A stretch of 64,000 nucleotides of DNA from Acidobacteriota bacterium. Lineage in GTDB: Bacteria; Acidobacteriota; UBA6911; RPQK01; JAJDTT01. Under the pieces are notes generated by a model. The model was given only the letters and a program-made list of their open reading frames with translations, did not search any database and was not told the origin of the DNA. The stretch covers positions 1,376,001 to 1,440,000 of the forward strand of contig OZ253580.1 in the NCBI GenBank assembly GCA_965263035.1, read 5' to 3'. This document shows, one piece after another, positions 39,021 to 48,014 of this stretch; within the stretch, counting starts at the first letter, position 1, and every line of letters starts with the position of its first letter. The translations under genes and the position numbers were made by a program.

Positions 39021-40094
39021 TCAATTCTCGGACTCAGGCTCAGACTCGGGCTCGGACTCGGACTCGCTCGGCCGCGTCCGCTTCAGGGAGGGCCGCTTCA
39101 ACGTCGGTCGGTCGCCCTTCAACGTGGGCTCTTCCCGATCGTCCCGGTCGTTGGTCCGACGCTTCAAGGTGGGGCGGGAAGCGCCGCTCTTGGTTCCGCC
39201 CTGCCCCGGACGGATCTCCGCACGATCCATCTGGATCAGCCGCGCCTTCACCCGGTCGAACTCGGAAGTGCTGACCACGTACTCGTCCTTGGCCGGCAAA
39301 TGCGAGATCTCCTTGTTCACCTGGGTGATCCGGTTCTCGAAGGAGGGGTGAGTCCGAAAGAAGCTGGCGAACTTGCCGGGCCGGTTCTTGTCCTTGGCCT
39401 GCATCTTCTCGAAGAAGGAAATGAATCCCTGCGGGTCGTATCCCGTATTCCAGAGGTACTGGGTCCCCAACTGATCGGCTTCGACCTCCGACTTGCGGGT
39501 AATGCCCAGAACCGCCAGGTTCATGCCCATTCCCAGCCCCTGATAGAGCGCGTACTGAGCCCAGCCACCGGTGAAGATCAGGGCCGGCAGAGCCGCGAAC
39601 TGCATGAGTTGGCCCTTGGTCATCCTCTCGGTGGCATGCCGGGCCGTCACGTGGGCGATCTCGTGAGCCATGACCCCGGCCAGCTCGGCCTCGTCCTCGG
39701 CCTCCAGGATCAGCCCCTTGTTCACGAAGAAGTAGCCGCCTGGCAAGGCGAAGGCGTTCACCTCTTCGGAATCGAGCACGCGGATCACGAAGGGAACTTT
39801 CGCGTCGGAGTTCTTCACGATGTACTGTCCCAGTCCGTCGACGTACTCGATCACTACAGGATCTTCCACCAGCCGGGCAGTCTGCTCGATCTGCTGGGCG
39901 TACTGGGCGCCCAAATGGATCTCCTTCTCCAGCGACACGAAGTTCGGGAAGATCATGGCTACCTTCCCGTTGATATCCCGGTTGCCGATATTTTCCACAT
40001 CCCCGTGTTTGCGCCCGGATTGTGTCGGCACGTTCGCCAGCAGCACCAGGGCCACGGTCACGAGAGTCAATGGGATTCTGGTTCGTTTGGTCAT
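39021..40094 (-). CDS. M48 family metalloprotease (BepA-like)
   Basis: NAFALPGG, ELAGVMAHEIAH, E.EAD, THP; signal peptide; repetitive C-terminal tail. Confidence 0.93.
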   Translation of the reverse strand: MTKRTRIPLTLVTVALVLLANVPTQSGRKHGDVENIGNRDINGKVAMIFPNFVSLEKEIHLGAQYAQQIEQTARLVEDPVVIEYVDGLGQYIVKNSDAKVPFVIRVLDSEEVNAFALPGGYFFVNKGLILEAEDEAELAGVMAHEIAHVTARHATERMTKGQLMQFAALPALIFTGGWAQYALYQGLGMGMNLAVLGITRKSEVEADQLGTQYLWNTGYDPQGFISFFEKMQAKDKNRPGKFASFFRTHPSFENRITQVNKEISHLPAKDEYVVSTSEFDRVKARLIQMDRAEIRPGQGGTKSGASRPTLKRRTNDRDDREEPTLKGDRPTLKRPSLKRTRPSESESEPESEPESEN

Positions 40095-40229
40095 GGTAGC
40101 GTCCTCATGAGGGTTAGGGACTGACATTCAGTATATCCGTAGTCAGGCAGATCTGCCAAGAACACGCCGGAACCGTTACGGTCTTTCCATGTGCGCCGCA
40201 TCTCTGCTAACTTCCTTCACCATATTCCG

Positions 40230-41921
40230 ATGCTTCCACAAGCTTCCGGGTTCAATAGCTCAAGGCCACCCGTCTTCCTCGGCGGAGAGGTCCGCTCCTG
40301 GGTCAAGATACTGACCGCGTCCCAGATGGGGACCGTGGACCGGCTCACCACCCGGGACTGCGGACTCCCCAGCCTGCTGTTGATGGAAAACGCCGGGCTG
40401 AACCTGTATCAGGTCCTAAAATCCCACTTCGGGGAACGGCTTGCCAGCCGCTCCACCGTGATTCTCTGCGGCAAAGGGAACAACGGCGGAGACGGTCTGG
40501 TCCTGGCGCGCCAATTGGCGCGCCGCGAATCTTCCCCGACGGTGGTCCTGCTCTGCAGACCCGGGCAGCTGCGGGGAGACGCCGCCGTCCAGTTGAAGGC
40601 GTACCGGAAATCCGGTGGAGAGGTGGTGTCCGTCACCTCACGGGAGGAGTGGACGAAGGTTGCGCCCATCCTCGGCAGCTGCCGGATCTTGGTGGACGCC
40701 CTCCTGGGAACCGGGCTCGGACGTCCCGTAACCGGACTGCTCGCAGAGGTGGTTCGGGACGTCAACGGCAGCGGCGCCTTCGTGCTGGCCGTGGACATCC
40801 CGACGGGTACCCCCTCCGACGGCCTCCGGCCTATCGGGCCCTCGGTCCGGGCTCACGCCACCGTCACCTTCACGGCCCCCAAGATCGCCCACATTCTTCA
40901 CCAGGAGCCGGAGACGTTCGGACAGATCTACGTCACTCCCATCGGGACGCCCCTCCAGGTGCTGGATACACCGGAACACTTTCTGAACCTGATGATGCCT
41001 GCCCGGATCCGGGCGGTCCTGCCGGCCCGAAAGGCGTTCTCCCACAAGGGCACATTCGGGCATGTGGCGGTCATTGCGGGGAGCCGGGGCAAGACCGGGG
41101 CCGGCGCCCTGGCCTCCCGAGCCGCGTTGAGATCCGGGTCCGGCCTGGTGACGGGCTTGGCCCCCGACGCCGTCCAACCACTGATGGCCTCCTTCCAGCC
41201 TGAGATCATGACGGAAGGGGTGCCGTCCACGCCCGCTGGAACCTTGGCCTCGTCCGGAATCGATCGCATTCTGGAACTATTGGAGGGCAAGGACGCCGCC
41301 GGCCTGGGGCCGGGCCTGAGCACGGAGAAGGAAACCGTCGACGTGGTTCGCCGGCTGACGCGGGAGGCCGAGGTTCCCCTGGTCCTGGATGCCGACGCCT
41401 TGAACGCCTATGCCGGCCGGGCCCACGAGTTGGTCAACCTGAAGGGGCAACCCCTCGTCATCACTCCCCACCCGGGCGAGTTTGCCCGCCTGACGGCCCA
41501 TTCCATTCCGCAAATTACGGAAAACGGGATCTCCATCGCCCGCGAGTTCGCCCGGAACCGGAATCTCTGGCTCGTGCTCAAGGGGTTCCGGACCCTGGTG
41601 GCGTCGCCGGACGGCCAAGTCTATGCCTGTCCGCTGGGAAACCCGGGAATGGCCACCGCAGGAAGCGGCGACGTCCTTACGGGCGTGATCACCTCTTTCC
41701 TGGGCCAGTATCGGGCCCAGGCCCGCGTCTCTCCGCCGCAGACCACCGACGCCGTCGTCACCGCCGTCTACCTCCATTCCCTGGCCGGCGATCTGGCGGC
41801 CCAAACGCGGGGGATGGACTCGCTGGCGGCCACAGACATCATCGATCACCTGGGATCGGCCTTCCTCCAGCTGCGCGGCCGTGGAGGGCGGCACAGCGAC
41901 CCGGTGGGAAATGCGGGCTAG
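40230..41921 (+). CDS. nnr: Bifunctional NAD(P)HX epimerase/dehydratase
   Basis: LMENAG, GKGNNGGDG, DALLGTG, HKGTFG, DADAL, TPHPGE, ATAGSGDVL. Start codon uncertain. Confidence 0.95.
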   Translation: MLPQASGFNSSRPPVFLGGEVRSWVKILTASQMGTVDRLTTRDCGLPSLLLMENAGLNLYQVLKSHFGERLASRSTVILCGKGNNGGDGLVLARQLARRESSPTVVLLCRPGQLRGDAAVQLKAYRKSGGEVVSVTSREEWTKVAPILGSCRILVDALLGTGLGRPVTGLLAEVVRDVNGSGAFVLAVDIPTGTPSDGLRPIGPSVRAHATVTFTAPKIAHILHQEPETFGQIYVTPIGTPLQVLDTPEHFLNLMMPARIRAVLPARKAFSHKGTFGHVAVIAGSRGKTGAGALASRAALRSGSGLVTGLAPDAVQPLMASFQPEIMTEGVPSTPAGTLASSGIDRILELLEGKDAAGLGPGLSTEKETVDVVRRLTREAEVPLVLDADALNAYAGRAHELVNLKGQPLVITPHPGEFARLTAHSIPQITENGISIAREFARNRNLWLVLKGFRTLVASPDGQVYACPLGNPGMATAGSGDVLTGVITSFLGQYRAQARVSPPQTTDAVVTAVYLHSLAGDLAAQTRGMDSLAATDIIDHLGSAFLQLRGRGGRHSDPVGNAG

Positions 41922-42372
41922 CCAGATCCTTCGCTCCAGCAGCGAAGAGGAGACACGGCGCATCGGCCTCAGGCTGGGTGAGACGCTGCACCCTCCGCGT
42001 GTGGTCCTCCTCTCTGGAGAGCTGGGAGCCGGCAAGACGGTGTTCACCCAGGCCTTGGCAGCCGGTCTGGAGGTCGAAGATCTCTCCCTGGTCCGAAGTC
42101 CCTCCTTCACCCTGATCAACGAGTACCCGTCGGCTCGCGGTCCCATCTACCATGTCGACCTGTACCGCCTGGAGGGAGCGGACGACTTCCATTCCATCGG
42201 TATGGAGGAGATCCTGGAGCGGGAAGCCGTCGTCATCATCGAATGGGGCGAAAAGCTCGACTTGCCCGTGGAAGACCCCGTCCGTATCCGAATCCTGGTA
42301 GACCCGGCGAGCGACGAGCGCCTGCTGGAAATCGACGTCGGAGAGGAAAGAGGAAAGAGGAAAGAGAGATAA
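41911..42372 (+). CDS. tsaE: tRNA threonylcarbamoyladenosine biosynthesis ATPase
   Basis: GELGAGKT, SPSFTL, HVDLYRL, IEW. Confidence 0.96.
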   Translation: MRASQILRSSSEEETRRIGLRLGETLHPPRVVLLSGELGAGKTVFTQALAAGLEVEDLSLVRSPSFTLINEYPSARGPIYHVDLYRLEGADDFHSIGMEEILEREAVVIIEWGEKLDLPVEDPVRIRILVDPASDERLLEIDVGEERGKRKER

Positions 42373-42750
42373 GGTGGCGGCTGGCTCTGAGATAACTCGA
42401 TCTCACTCGAGGTATGTGACTTGGGCGTGAGAGGAGAGGAGAGCTTTCTTATGGGGCGGGATCCGGTGAAGTCACCGGAGAAACAAGGCATCGAGTTAGT
42501 CCGGCTCAGATGCCCCCGATGAGATCATTTCCCATTCTGCGCCCCCCTGCGCGTCAACTACCCACCCTCTTTCCTCTTTCCTGATTTCCCCTGCTTCCCC
42601 GAAGACAATATTCATGCTTTTCCAGCAGAGATCGTTTGAGTTCTGTGAAGCCAACACACGAAAAGAGGTGAGACCATCGCTGCCAACGCTGTACTGCTGA
42701 CTCGTCTGCTGGAGTTTCCCGCAACTGCGCTTCCAACTCATTTCACCGGA

Positions 42751-43221
42751 GTGGCCACTGGGGAGGGGCGTGTCCGAACCGGATCCCCAGCACGTGGGAA
42801 TGCTCACGGCTATCAGCTGCTGGAAGTCACGTTGACCTGCCTGCTCATCGGCTTTCTGGCCTCGCTGGCATGGCCGGCCTATCAGCAGGTGCGGGATCAC
42901 TGGAGACTGTCGCAGGGGTCTCATCTCTTTCTCTCCCTCCTGGAGCAGGGGCGTACCGCGGCCATCGGGCGGAATCTGACCGTACAGATCCGAGTTTCAC
43001 CCGACGGGGGACGAGCCACGATTGCACCGGCAGGGGAAGAGACCGGACATTGGCTGACCCTCCCCAGGGGAGTTCTGGTCGTCCGGAGGCCAAACCGCGA
43101 AATATCCTTCTATTCCAGAGGGACCGCCGCTCCGGGCGGGACGTTTGTCCTGGGCAACTCTGCCGGCAAGATCCGCATCGTGATCTCGCCGGCCGGGAGG
43201 ATTCGATGGCAGAGAGGATAG
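42751..43221 (+). CDS. FimT/GspH-like minor pilin
   Basis: Prepilin site G|YQLLE with hydrophobic helix; C-terminal F..RG...ISPAGRIR. Confidence 0.8.
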   Translation: MATGEGRVRTGSPARGNAHGYQLLEVTLTCLLIGFLASLAWPAYQQVRDHWRLSQGSHLFLSLLEQGRTAAIGRNLTVQIRVSPDGGRATIAPAGEETGHWLTLPRGVLVVRRPNREISFYSRGTAAPGGTFVLGNSAGKIRIVISPAGRIRWQRG

Positions 43222-43526
43222 CCGGGGACAGCGCCGAGGACGGGTTCGCCCTCCTGGAGCACCTGATGGCCACAACGATACTGACCGTCGCCGTCCTTTC
43301 CCTGATCCAGACCATGGCTCTGACCCTGGGCAACTACGCCATCATGGAAAAACGGCGCCAGGAAATTCTGCAACGGTGGAACCGGGGCGAAGAGGCCCGC
43401 TCCCGGGAGCCGGAAGGGGAGAGGATCGTCCTGGTGCCGGACGGACCCTTGTTGTGGCGCCTGAACGTCTCGGGCACCGAGGACGAGAACGCCTCAAGTT
43501 GGGAGGTGCTCCGATCGCTACCCTGA
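43206..43526 (+). CDS. PilV-like minor pilin
   Basis: G|FALLE prepilin motif; second position in the cluster. Confidence 0.72.
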   Translation: MAERIAGDSAEDGFALLEHLMATTILTVAVLSLIQTMALTLGNYAIMEKRRQEILQRWNRGEEARSREPEGERIVLVPDGPLLWRLNVSGTEDENASSWEVLRSLP

Positions 43527-43540
43527 ATGGAGGCGTCCGA

Positions 43541-44143
43541 ATGAGCCCGATTGATTCGCCGGCGGGACCCCGCGGGGCGAAGACGAAAGAGGGGGAACGG
43601 GGATTCAGCCTGATCGAGGCGCTTCTGGCCACCGCTGCCTCGGCGCTCCTTTTCTCTCTTTTTCTGGGAATGTTCGACCAGGTTCAGACCACCGTCACCA
43701 ATCTCACACGCTTGATGGAACGGGACCGGAACCTGATCCTGGCCCCCGTCCTGCTGGGTGGGTGGATCCTGGGAGCGGGCAACCGGGAGTGGAACCGGGC
43801 CGGGGACGGAATCCTGATCCAGTCCGGAATCCTCCAGATCGAGTCCGACCTGGACGGGAAGGACGGGTTTCCCGACGGGCGAGTCGACGGCAATTTCGAG
43901 AGCCTGTCGCTCCGCTGCCGGACGGAGCATTTGCAACTCAAGAGCGGCGGGGGGAGCTTTCAAGCCGTCCTGAAACACATCCGGCAGTGGGAAATTCTGA
44001 TGCAAGGACGGTTGCTGAGCCTTCGCCTCACCGGCGCCGTCAGCCCCAACCTGATGTACTGGAAAGGGGACGGAGAGACCGTTGAGACGATCCAATTCAC
44101 GCTTCGGAACTACCGGCCCAACCTCTTCCCTCCCCGGGATTGA
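43541..44143 (+). CDS. PilW-like minor pilin
   Basis: RG|FSLIE prepilin motif; RBS GGAGG. Confidence 0.78.
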   Translation: MSPIDSPAGPRGAKTKEGERGFSLIEALLATAASALLFSLFLGMFDQVQTTVTNLTRLMERDRNLILAPVLLGGWILGAGNREWNRAGDGILIQSGILQIESDLDGKDGFPDGRVDGNFESLSLRCRTEHLQLKSGGGSFQAVLKHIRQWEILMQGRLLSLRLTGAVSPNLMYWKGDGETVETIQFTLRNYRPNLFPPRD

Positions 44144-45377
44144 TGAACTCCGGAAATCGGAATCGGAAGCAGGACTTGCCCTGCTGGCCGCCCTGCTCAC
44201 GACGGCTCTGGTCGCGACTCTGGTCTGGACCCTGAGCGTGCAGAACCTGATCCAGTGGAGACTGCTCCAAGGGGTCGAGGCGCAACTCTACAGTCTGTTT
44301 CTGGCCCAGAACGGGATCGAATTCGCTCGCGGCCTTCTTCCCCTGGTCGATGTCGACGAACTCCTTTCCGGTCCCGACGGTTCCTTCTCCGGAACCGATT
44401 TTCCCGAATGGAGAAATCCTCTCCCCTTTTCGGAGGCTCACCGTCTGGACCCGGAGAGTTGGACACCCGACCGCGACGACGGACTCCCGTCTCGTGGCCG
44501 GAACCGGCTGCTGCCGAACGGTTACCCGGACCCTGGAGGGGGGCGTTTCTACTTGAGGTTTTCCAACAACCCCGAGGAGCCGGCCCACCAGGACCGGGAC
44601 GGAGTGGTCCTGGTCCGGAGCATGGGGATCGCTCCTCTCAAACTGCAGAACCCCTTCCTGGCTTCCACCCACAACAGCGTGACTCTGATCGAATCCCGCC
44701 TTCTGCAGGAGACTGCATTTCGACTCCGGAGCGCGCTCACCCTGGCGGGAGACGACGGAGACTTCCATTGGGTGGGAAGCGACTTTCTCCTGGACGGTGG
44801 ACACCGAGAACCGGCGGTCCGCCTCCTCTCCCTGGGAGGCGATGGACTCGGCACCGAGTTTCTGCGGAACCTCAATCCGGCCCAAGCCGGCCGGATCCGG
44901 GGTGCCGGACCGGAACCTTCTCTTCGGGACTCGACTGCGGCATACCGTGAGGACCCTCGTTATCGTTCCCTTTTCCAAGCTGTCTTCTGGAGGCACTTTC
45001 AGGATCAGCTGCCGGCCCTCTCGTCGGCCACCGGGATTGTCCATCTTCCGGAGGGAGGAACCCTGTCAGGCGCGGTGTCGGGGGTCGTCATCGCCCGGGG
45101 GAACCTGATCCTGCAGGGAGACGTCCGGTTCCGGGGAATCCTGCTTCATCTGGGTGGGGGAGGCGTCATTCTGAAAGACCGTGCCCAGATCGTAGGAGGA
45201 CTCTGGCTTTCCAACCTGAGTGTGGAGGGAGAAACGATCCGCGGGGGCTCCTTGAGCCTTCATCTTTCGGACCTGGCCAGTATCCGATACGACGCCGATG
45301 CCATCCGGTCGGGACTGCGCAGCTTTCCGCCGACTCAACTGGGTTGGCGGCTCCTCTTTCCGGAGATGAAGCTGTGA
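44082..45377 (+). CDS. PilX/GspK-like minor pilin (start ambiguous)
   Basis: G|LALL without Glu5, A.NGIE motif, VRSMG, C-terminal G.L...G.L repeats. Confidence 0.72.
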   Translation: MRRSNSRFGTTGPTSSLPGIDELRKSESEAGLALLAALLTTALVATLVWTLSVQNLIQWRLLQGVEAQLYSLFLAQNGIEFARGLLPLVDVDELLSGPDGSFSGTDFPEWRNPLPFSEAHRLDPESWTPDRDDGLPSRGRNRLLPNGYPDPGGGRFYLRFSNNPEEPAHQDRDGVVLVRSMGIAPLKLQNPFLASTHNSVTLIESRLLQETAFRLRSALTLAGDDGDFHWVGSDFLLDGGHREPAVRLLSLGGDGLGTEFLRNLNPAQAGRIRGAGPEPSLRDSTAAYREDPRYRSLFQAVFWRHFQDQLPALSSATGIVHLPEGGTLSGAVSGVVIARGNLILQGDVRFRGILLHLGGGGVILKDRAQIVGGLWLSNLSVEGETIRGGSLSLHLSDLASIRYDADAIRSGLRSFPPTQLGWRLLFPEMKL

Positions 45378-45381
45378 GGGA

Positions 45382-45548
45382 CTAGGAGGCTGCGCCGCAG
45401 AAATTGATCTACTGCGAAAGCGGTAGAATCGGTCCATATTTCCTCGATTTCTCGGCGAATAGAACAACTATGCACCTCCAAATCGAGAAAATCTGGCCTC
45501 GATTCCCCACTTTCTCGCTACGATCATTTCTACCGCGCAGACTCCTAG
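45382..45548 (+). mobile_element. MITE family A, copy 2
   Basis: CTAG-GAGGCTGCGC...GCGCAGACTC-CTAG; near-identical to 6-172. Confidence 0.92.
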
Positions 45549-45550
45549 CC

Positions 45551-48012
45551 CTGCTCTATACCCACAAATAGTGCTGGACAAACAAGAATGCCTGTCGTAG
45601 TCTTCACGACATGGTAGTTCAGAACCAGATCAAGCGCACCTTGAGCCGAGAGTTGGATCGTTTGCACGCCGTGATGAGGCGGGAGAAGTTCGCCCACCGG
45701 ACGGCGCTGGCGGACCGGGTCTGCTCGGAGTTTGGATTTCACGATGCCCGAGGGCGGGCGCAACGGAGCGGCTGCCTGAAGGCGCTCCGGGAGCTGGAGG
45801 CGGGCGGACGGATTCGTCTGCCGACGCCGCGACGGCGGGTGAAACATTGCGGGCCCCGAGGACTGGGCCGTGCGGTGCCGGAGCCGGTGGAAGTGCCCGA
45901 GACGGTGGACGGCGTGCGGGAGCTGGAGTTGATTCTGGTGGAGACGGGTCCGCAACGAGCGCTCTGGAACGAGTTGATGGCGCGAGAGCATCCACGGGGC
46001 GCGGGGCCGTTGGTGGGTGCTCAACTACGCTATCTGGTGGGCTCGGCCCACGGCTGGCTGGGGGGCTTGGGGTTCGGGGCGGCGGCGTTGCGGTTGCGGG
46101 ACCGGGACCGCTGGATCGGATGGGATGAGGAACAACGCCGGGCGCACCTGCACCGGGTGGTGGGGCTGAGCCGGTTTCTGATCCGTCCGTCAGTGAGGTG
46201 TCGTAATCTGGCCTCCCGGGTGCTGGGGGAGGTGTTGCGGCGGCTGGGTCCGGAGTTCCAGGCGCGCTACGGCTACCGTCCCTGGCTGGTGGAGACCTTC
46301 GTGGAGACGGCTCGCCACGATGGGGCCAGTTTGCGCGCCACGAACTGGAGGGTTCTGGGGAAGACGCAGGGTCGAGGCCGGCAAGATCGGGCGCACCGGG
46401 GTGCGGAGACGAGCAAGGCGATCTATGGGTATGAGTTGTGCCGGGATTGGCGTCGGCGGTTGGGGGTGGGACCGGCGCCGAGGCGGGGAGTGGAACCGAT
46501 GTCGGAGGGCGAGGGACTGGAGGGAGAGGGCTGGGCTCAGCAGGAGTTGGGCGGGGCGCCGCTGGGAGACCGGCGCTTGAGTCGGCGACTGGTGGAGAGT
46601 GCGCACCGTCAGGCGCAGGAGCCGGGGCGGGCGTTCACGGGAGTGGCGCGGGGCGATCCGGCGGCGGTCAAGGGATACTACCGGCTGATCGACCAGCCGG
46701 AAGCCTCGGCGGTGACGGTGTCCAACATCCTGGCCCCGCACCGGGAGCGGACCCGGCAGCGGATGCAGGGGCAGCGGACGGTGCTGTGCATCCAGGACGG
46801 GAGCGATCTGAACTTCACGCGGCACGGCCGGTGTGAGGGACTGGGGGTGATCGGGCGCAACCAGACGGGAGCGACGGCGCGGGGACTGCATCTGCACGCG
46901 ACGCTGGTGGTGAGTGAGACGGGGCTGCCGCTGGGGGTGTTGCGGGCGAAGCTGGACGCGCCGAAGCCGGGACCGGTGGCCACGCGGAAAAAGAAGAAGA
47001 CGTATCGCTGGATCGAGGGACTTCGGGACTGCGCCGAGGTGTCGCGGTCCCTCGACGGGGTGCGGGTGGTCAGCGTGGTGGACCGGGAGGCGGATTTTTT
47101 CGCACTGTTCGCCGAGCAACGAGCGTCTCCGGAGGTGGAGTTGCTGGTGCGTGCGAAGCAGGATCGGGTGCTGAAGAGGAAGACCCCGGCGAAGGCGGCC
47201 GGGAAAAGCGCGGATCCGGACCCGGAGCAGAAGCGGAAGCTGTTCGGGCGCCTGCGATCGGCGCCGGTGCGGGCCCGGATGCTGCTGGAGGTGAAGCGTC
47301 AGAGTGCGCGGATCAAGGCCAGCAAGCAGGCGGCCCGCCCGCGGCGGCTGGCGCGGGTGGCTCGGATGGAACTGCGCTACGAGACCCTGACGATTCCGGC
47401 GCCGCGCGGGAACCCAACCGGCATCCCGTCGCTGAGACTGTCGGTGGTGCACGCGCGGGAGGTCGCGCCGCCGGCGCAGGGGAAGCGCCTGGAATGGTTC
47501 CTGCTCACCACCCTGCCGGTGACCGATGTCGAGACGGCGCAGCAACTGCTGAGATGGTATGCGCTGCGCTGGCGGGTGGAGGATTATTTCCGGGTGCTCA
47601 AGACCGGATGCCGGGTACAACAGCTCCAGCACCAAACCGCCGAACGTCTGAAACGGGCCATCGCCATGCACGCCGTCATCGCCTGGCGGATCATGCTGAT
47701 GACGCTGTTGGGGCGAGAGGACCCGGACCTGCCGGCGCAATTGTTGTTCTCGGATCTGGAAATTCGGGTCCTGGGGGCGTTTGCCGCGTCGCGAGGATTC
47801 CCAGCGCCGGAAGACCTGGGGGCGGCCGTGCTCGTGCTGGCCCGCCTGGGAGGATATCTGGCTCGTAAACACGACTCCCCACCTGGGCATCAACTGATGT
47901 GGCAGGGCTACGTCACGCTCTACGGCATGTGTCTGGGCTTCGCTTTACGAGAAGAAACATGAATGAAACCGGACGGCTAATTTGCCCTGTGCAATATGTG
48001 GGTAAAGGGCAG
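45551..48012 (+). mobile_element. IS4-family insertion sequence, copy 2
   Basis: Same TIRs as copy 1 (one substitution); 8-bp TSD TCCTAGCC at 45543-45550 and 48013-48020. Confidence 0.95.
45611..47962 (+). CDS. Transposase: DUF4338 plus Tn5-like DDE, copy 2
   Basis: 783 aa, about a dozen substitutions versus copy 1, intact. Confidence 0.92.
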   Translation: MVVQNQIKRTLSRELDRLHAVMRREKFAHRTALADRVCSEFGFHDARGRAQRSGCLKALRELEAGGRIRLPTPRRRVKHCGPRGLGRAVPEPVEVPETVDGVRELELILVETGPQRALWNELMAREHPRGAGPLVGAQLRYLVGSAHGWLGGLGFGAAALRLRDRDRWIGWDEEQRRAHLHRVVGLSRFLIRPSVRCRNLASRVLGEVLRRLGPEFQARYGYRPWLVETFVETARHDGASLRATNWRVLGKTQGRGRQDRAHRGAETSKAIYGYELCRDWRRRLGVGPAPRRGVEPMSEGEGLEGEGWAQQELGGAPLGDRRLSRRLVESAHRQAQEPGRAFTGVARGDPAAVKGYYRLIDQPEASAVTVSNILAPHRERTRQRMQGQRTVLCIQDGSDLNFTRHGRCEGLGVIGRNQTGATARGLHLHATLVVSETGLPLGVLRAKLDAPKPGPVATRKKKKTYRWIEGLRDCAEVSRSLDGVRVVSVVDREADFFALFAEQRASPEVELLVRAKQDRVLKRKTPAKAAGKSADPDPEQKRKLFGRLRSAPVRARMLLEVKRQSARIKASKQAARPRRLARVARMELRYETLTIPAPRGNPTGIPSLRLSVVHAREVAPPAQGKRLEWFLLTTLPVTDVETAQQLLRWYALRWRVEDYFRVLKTGCRVQQLQHQTAERLKRAIAMHAVIAWRIMLMTLLGREDPDLPAQLLFSDLEIRVLGAFAASRGFPAPEDLGAAVLVLARLGGYLARKHDSPPGHQLMWQGYVTLYGMCLGFALREET

Positions 48013-48014
48013 TC

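Noticed and set aside
36916-39351. 811-aa plus-strand ORF and other long antisense ORFs (9384-11351, 18780-20783, 59131-61200)
   Set aside because: They overlap well-supported genes on the opposite strand and have no recognisable motifs; expected at high GC.
42496-42924. 142-aa minus-strand ORF
   Set aside because: Overlaps the fimT-like gene antisense and has no recognisable motif.
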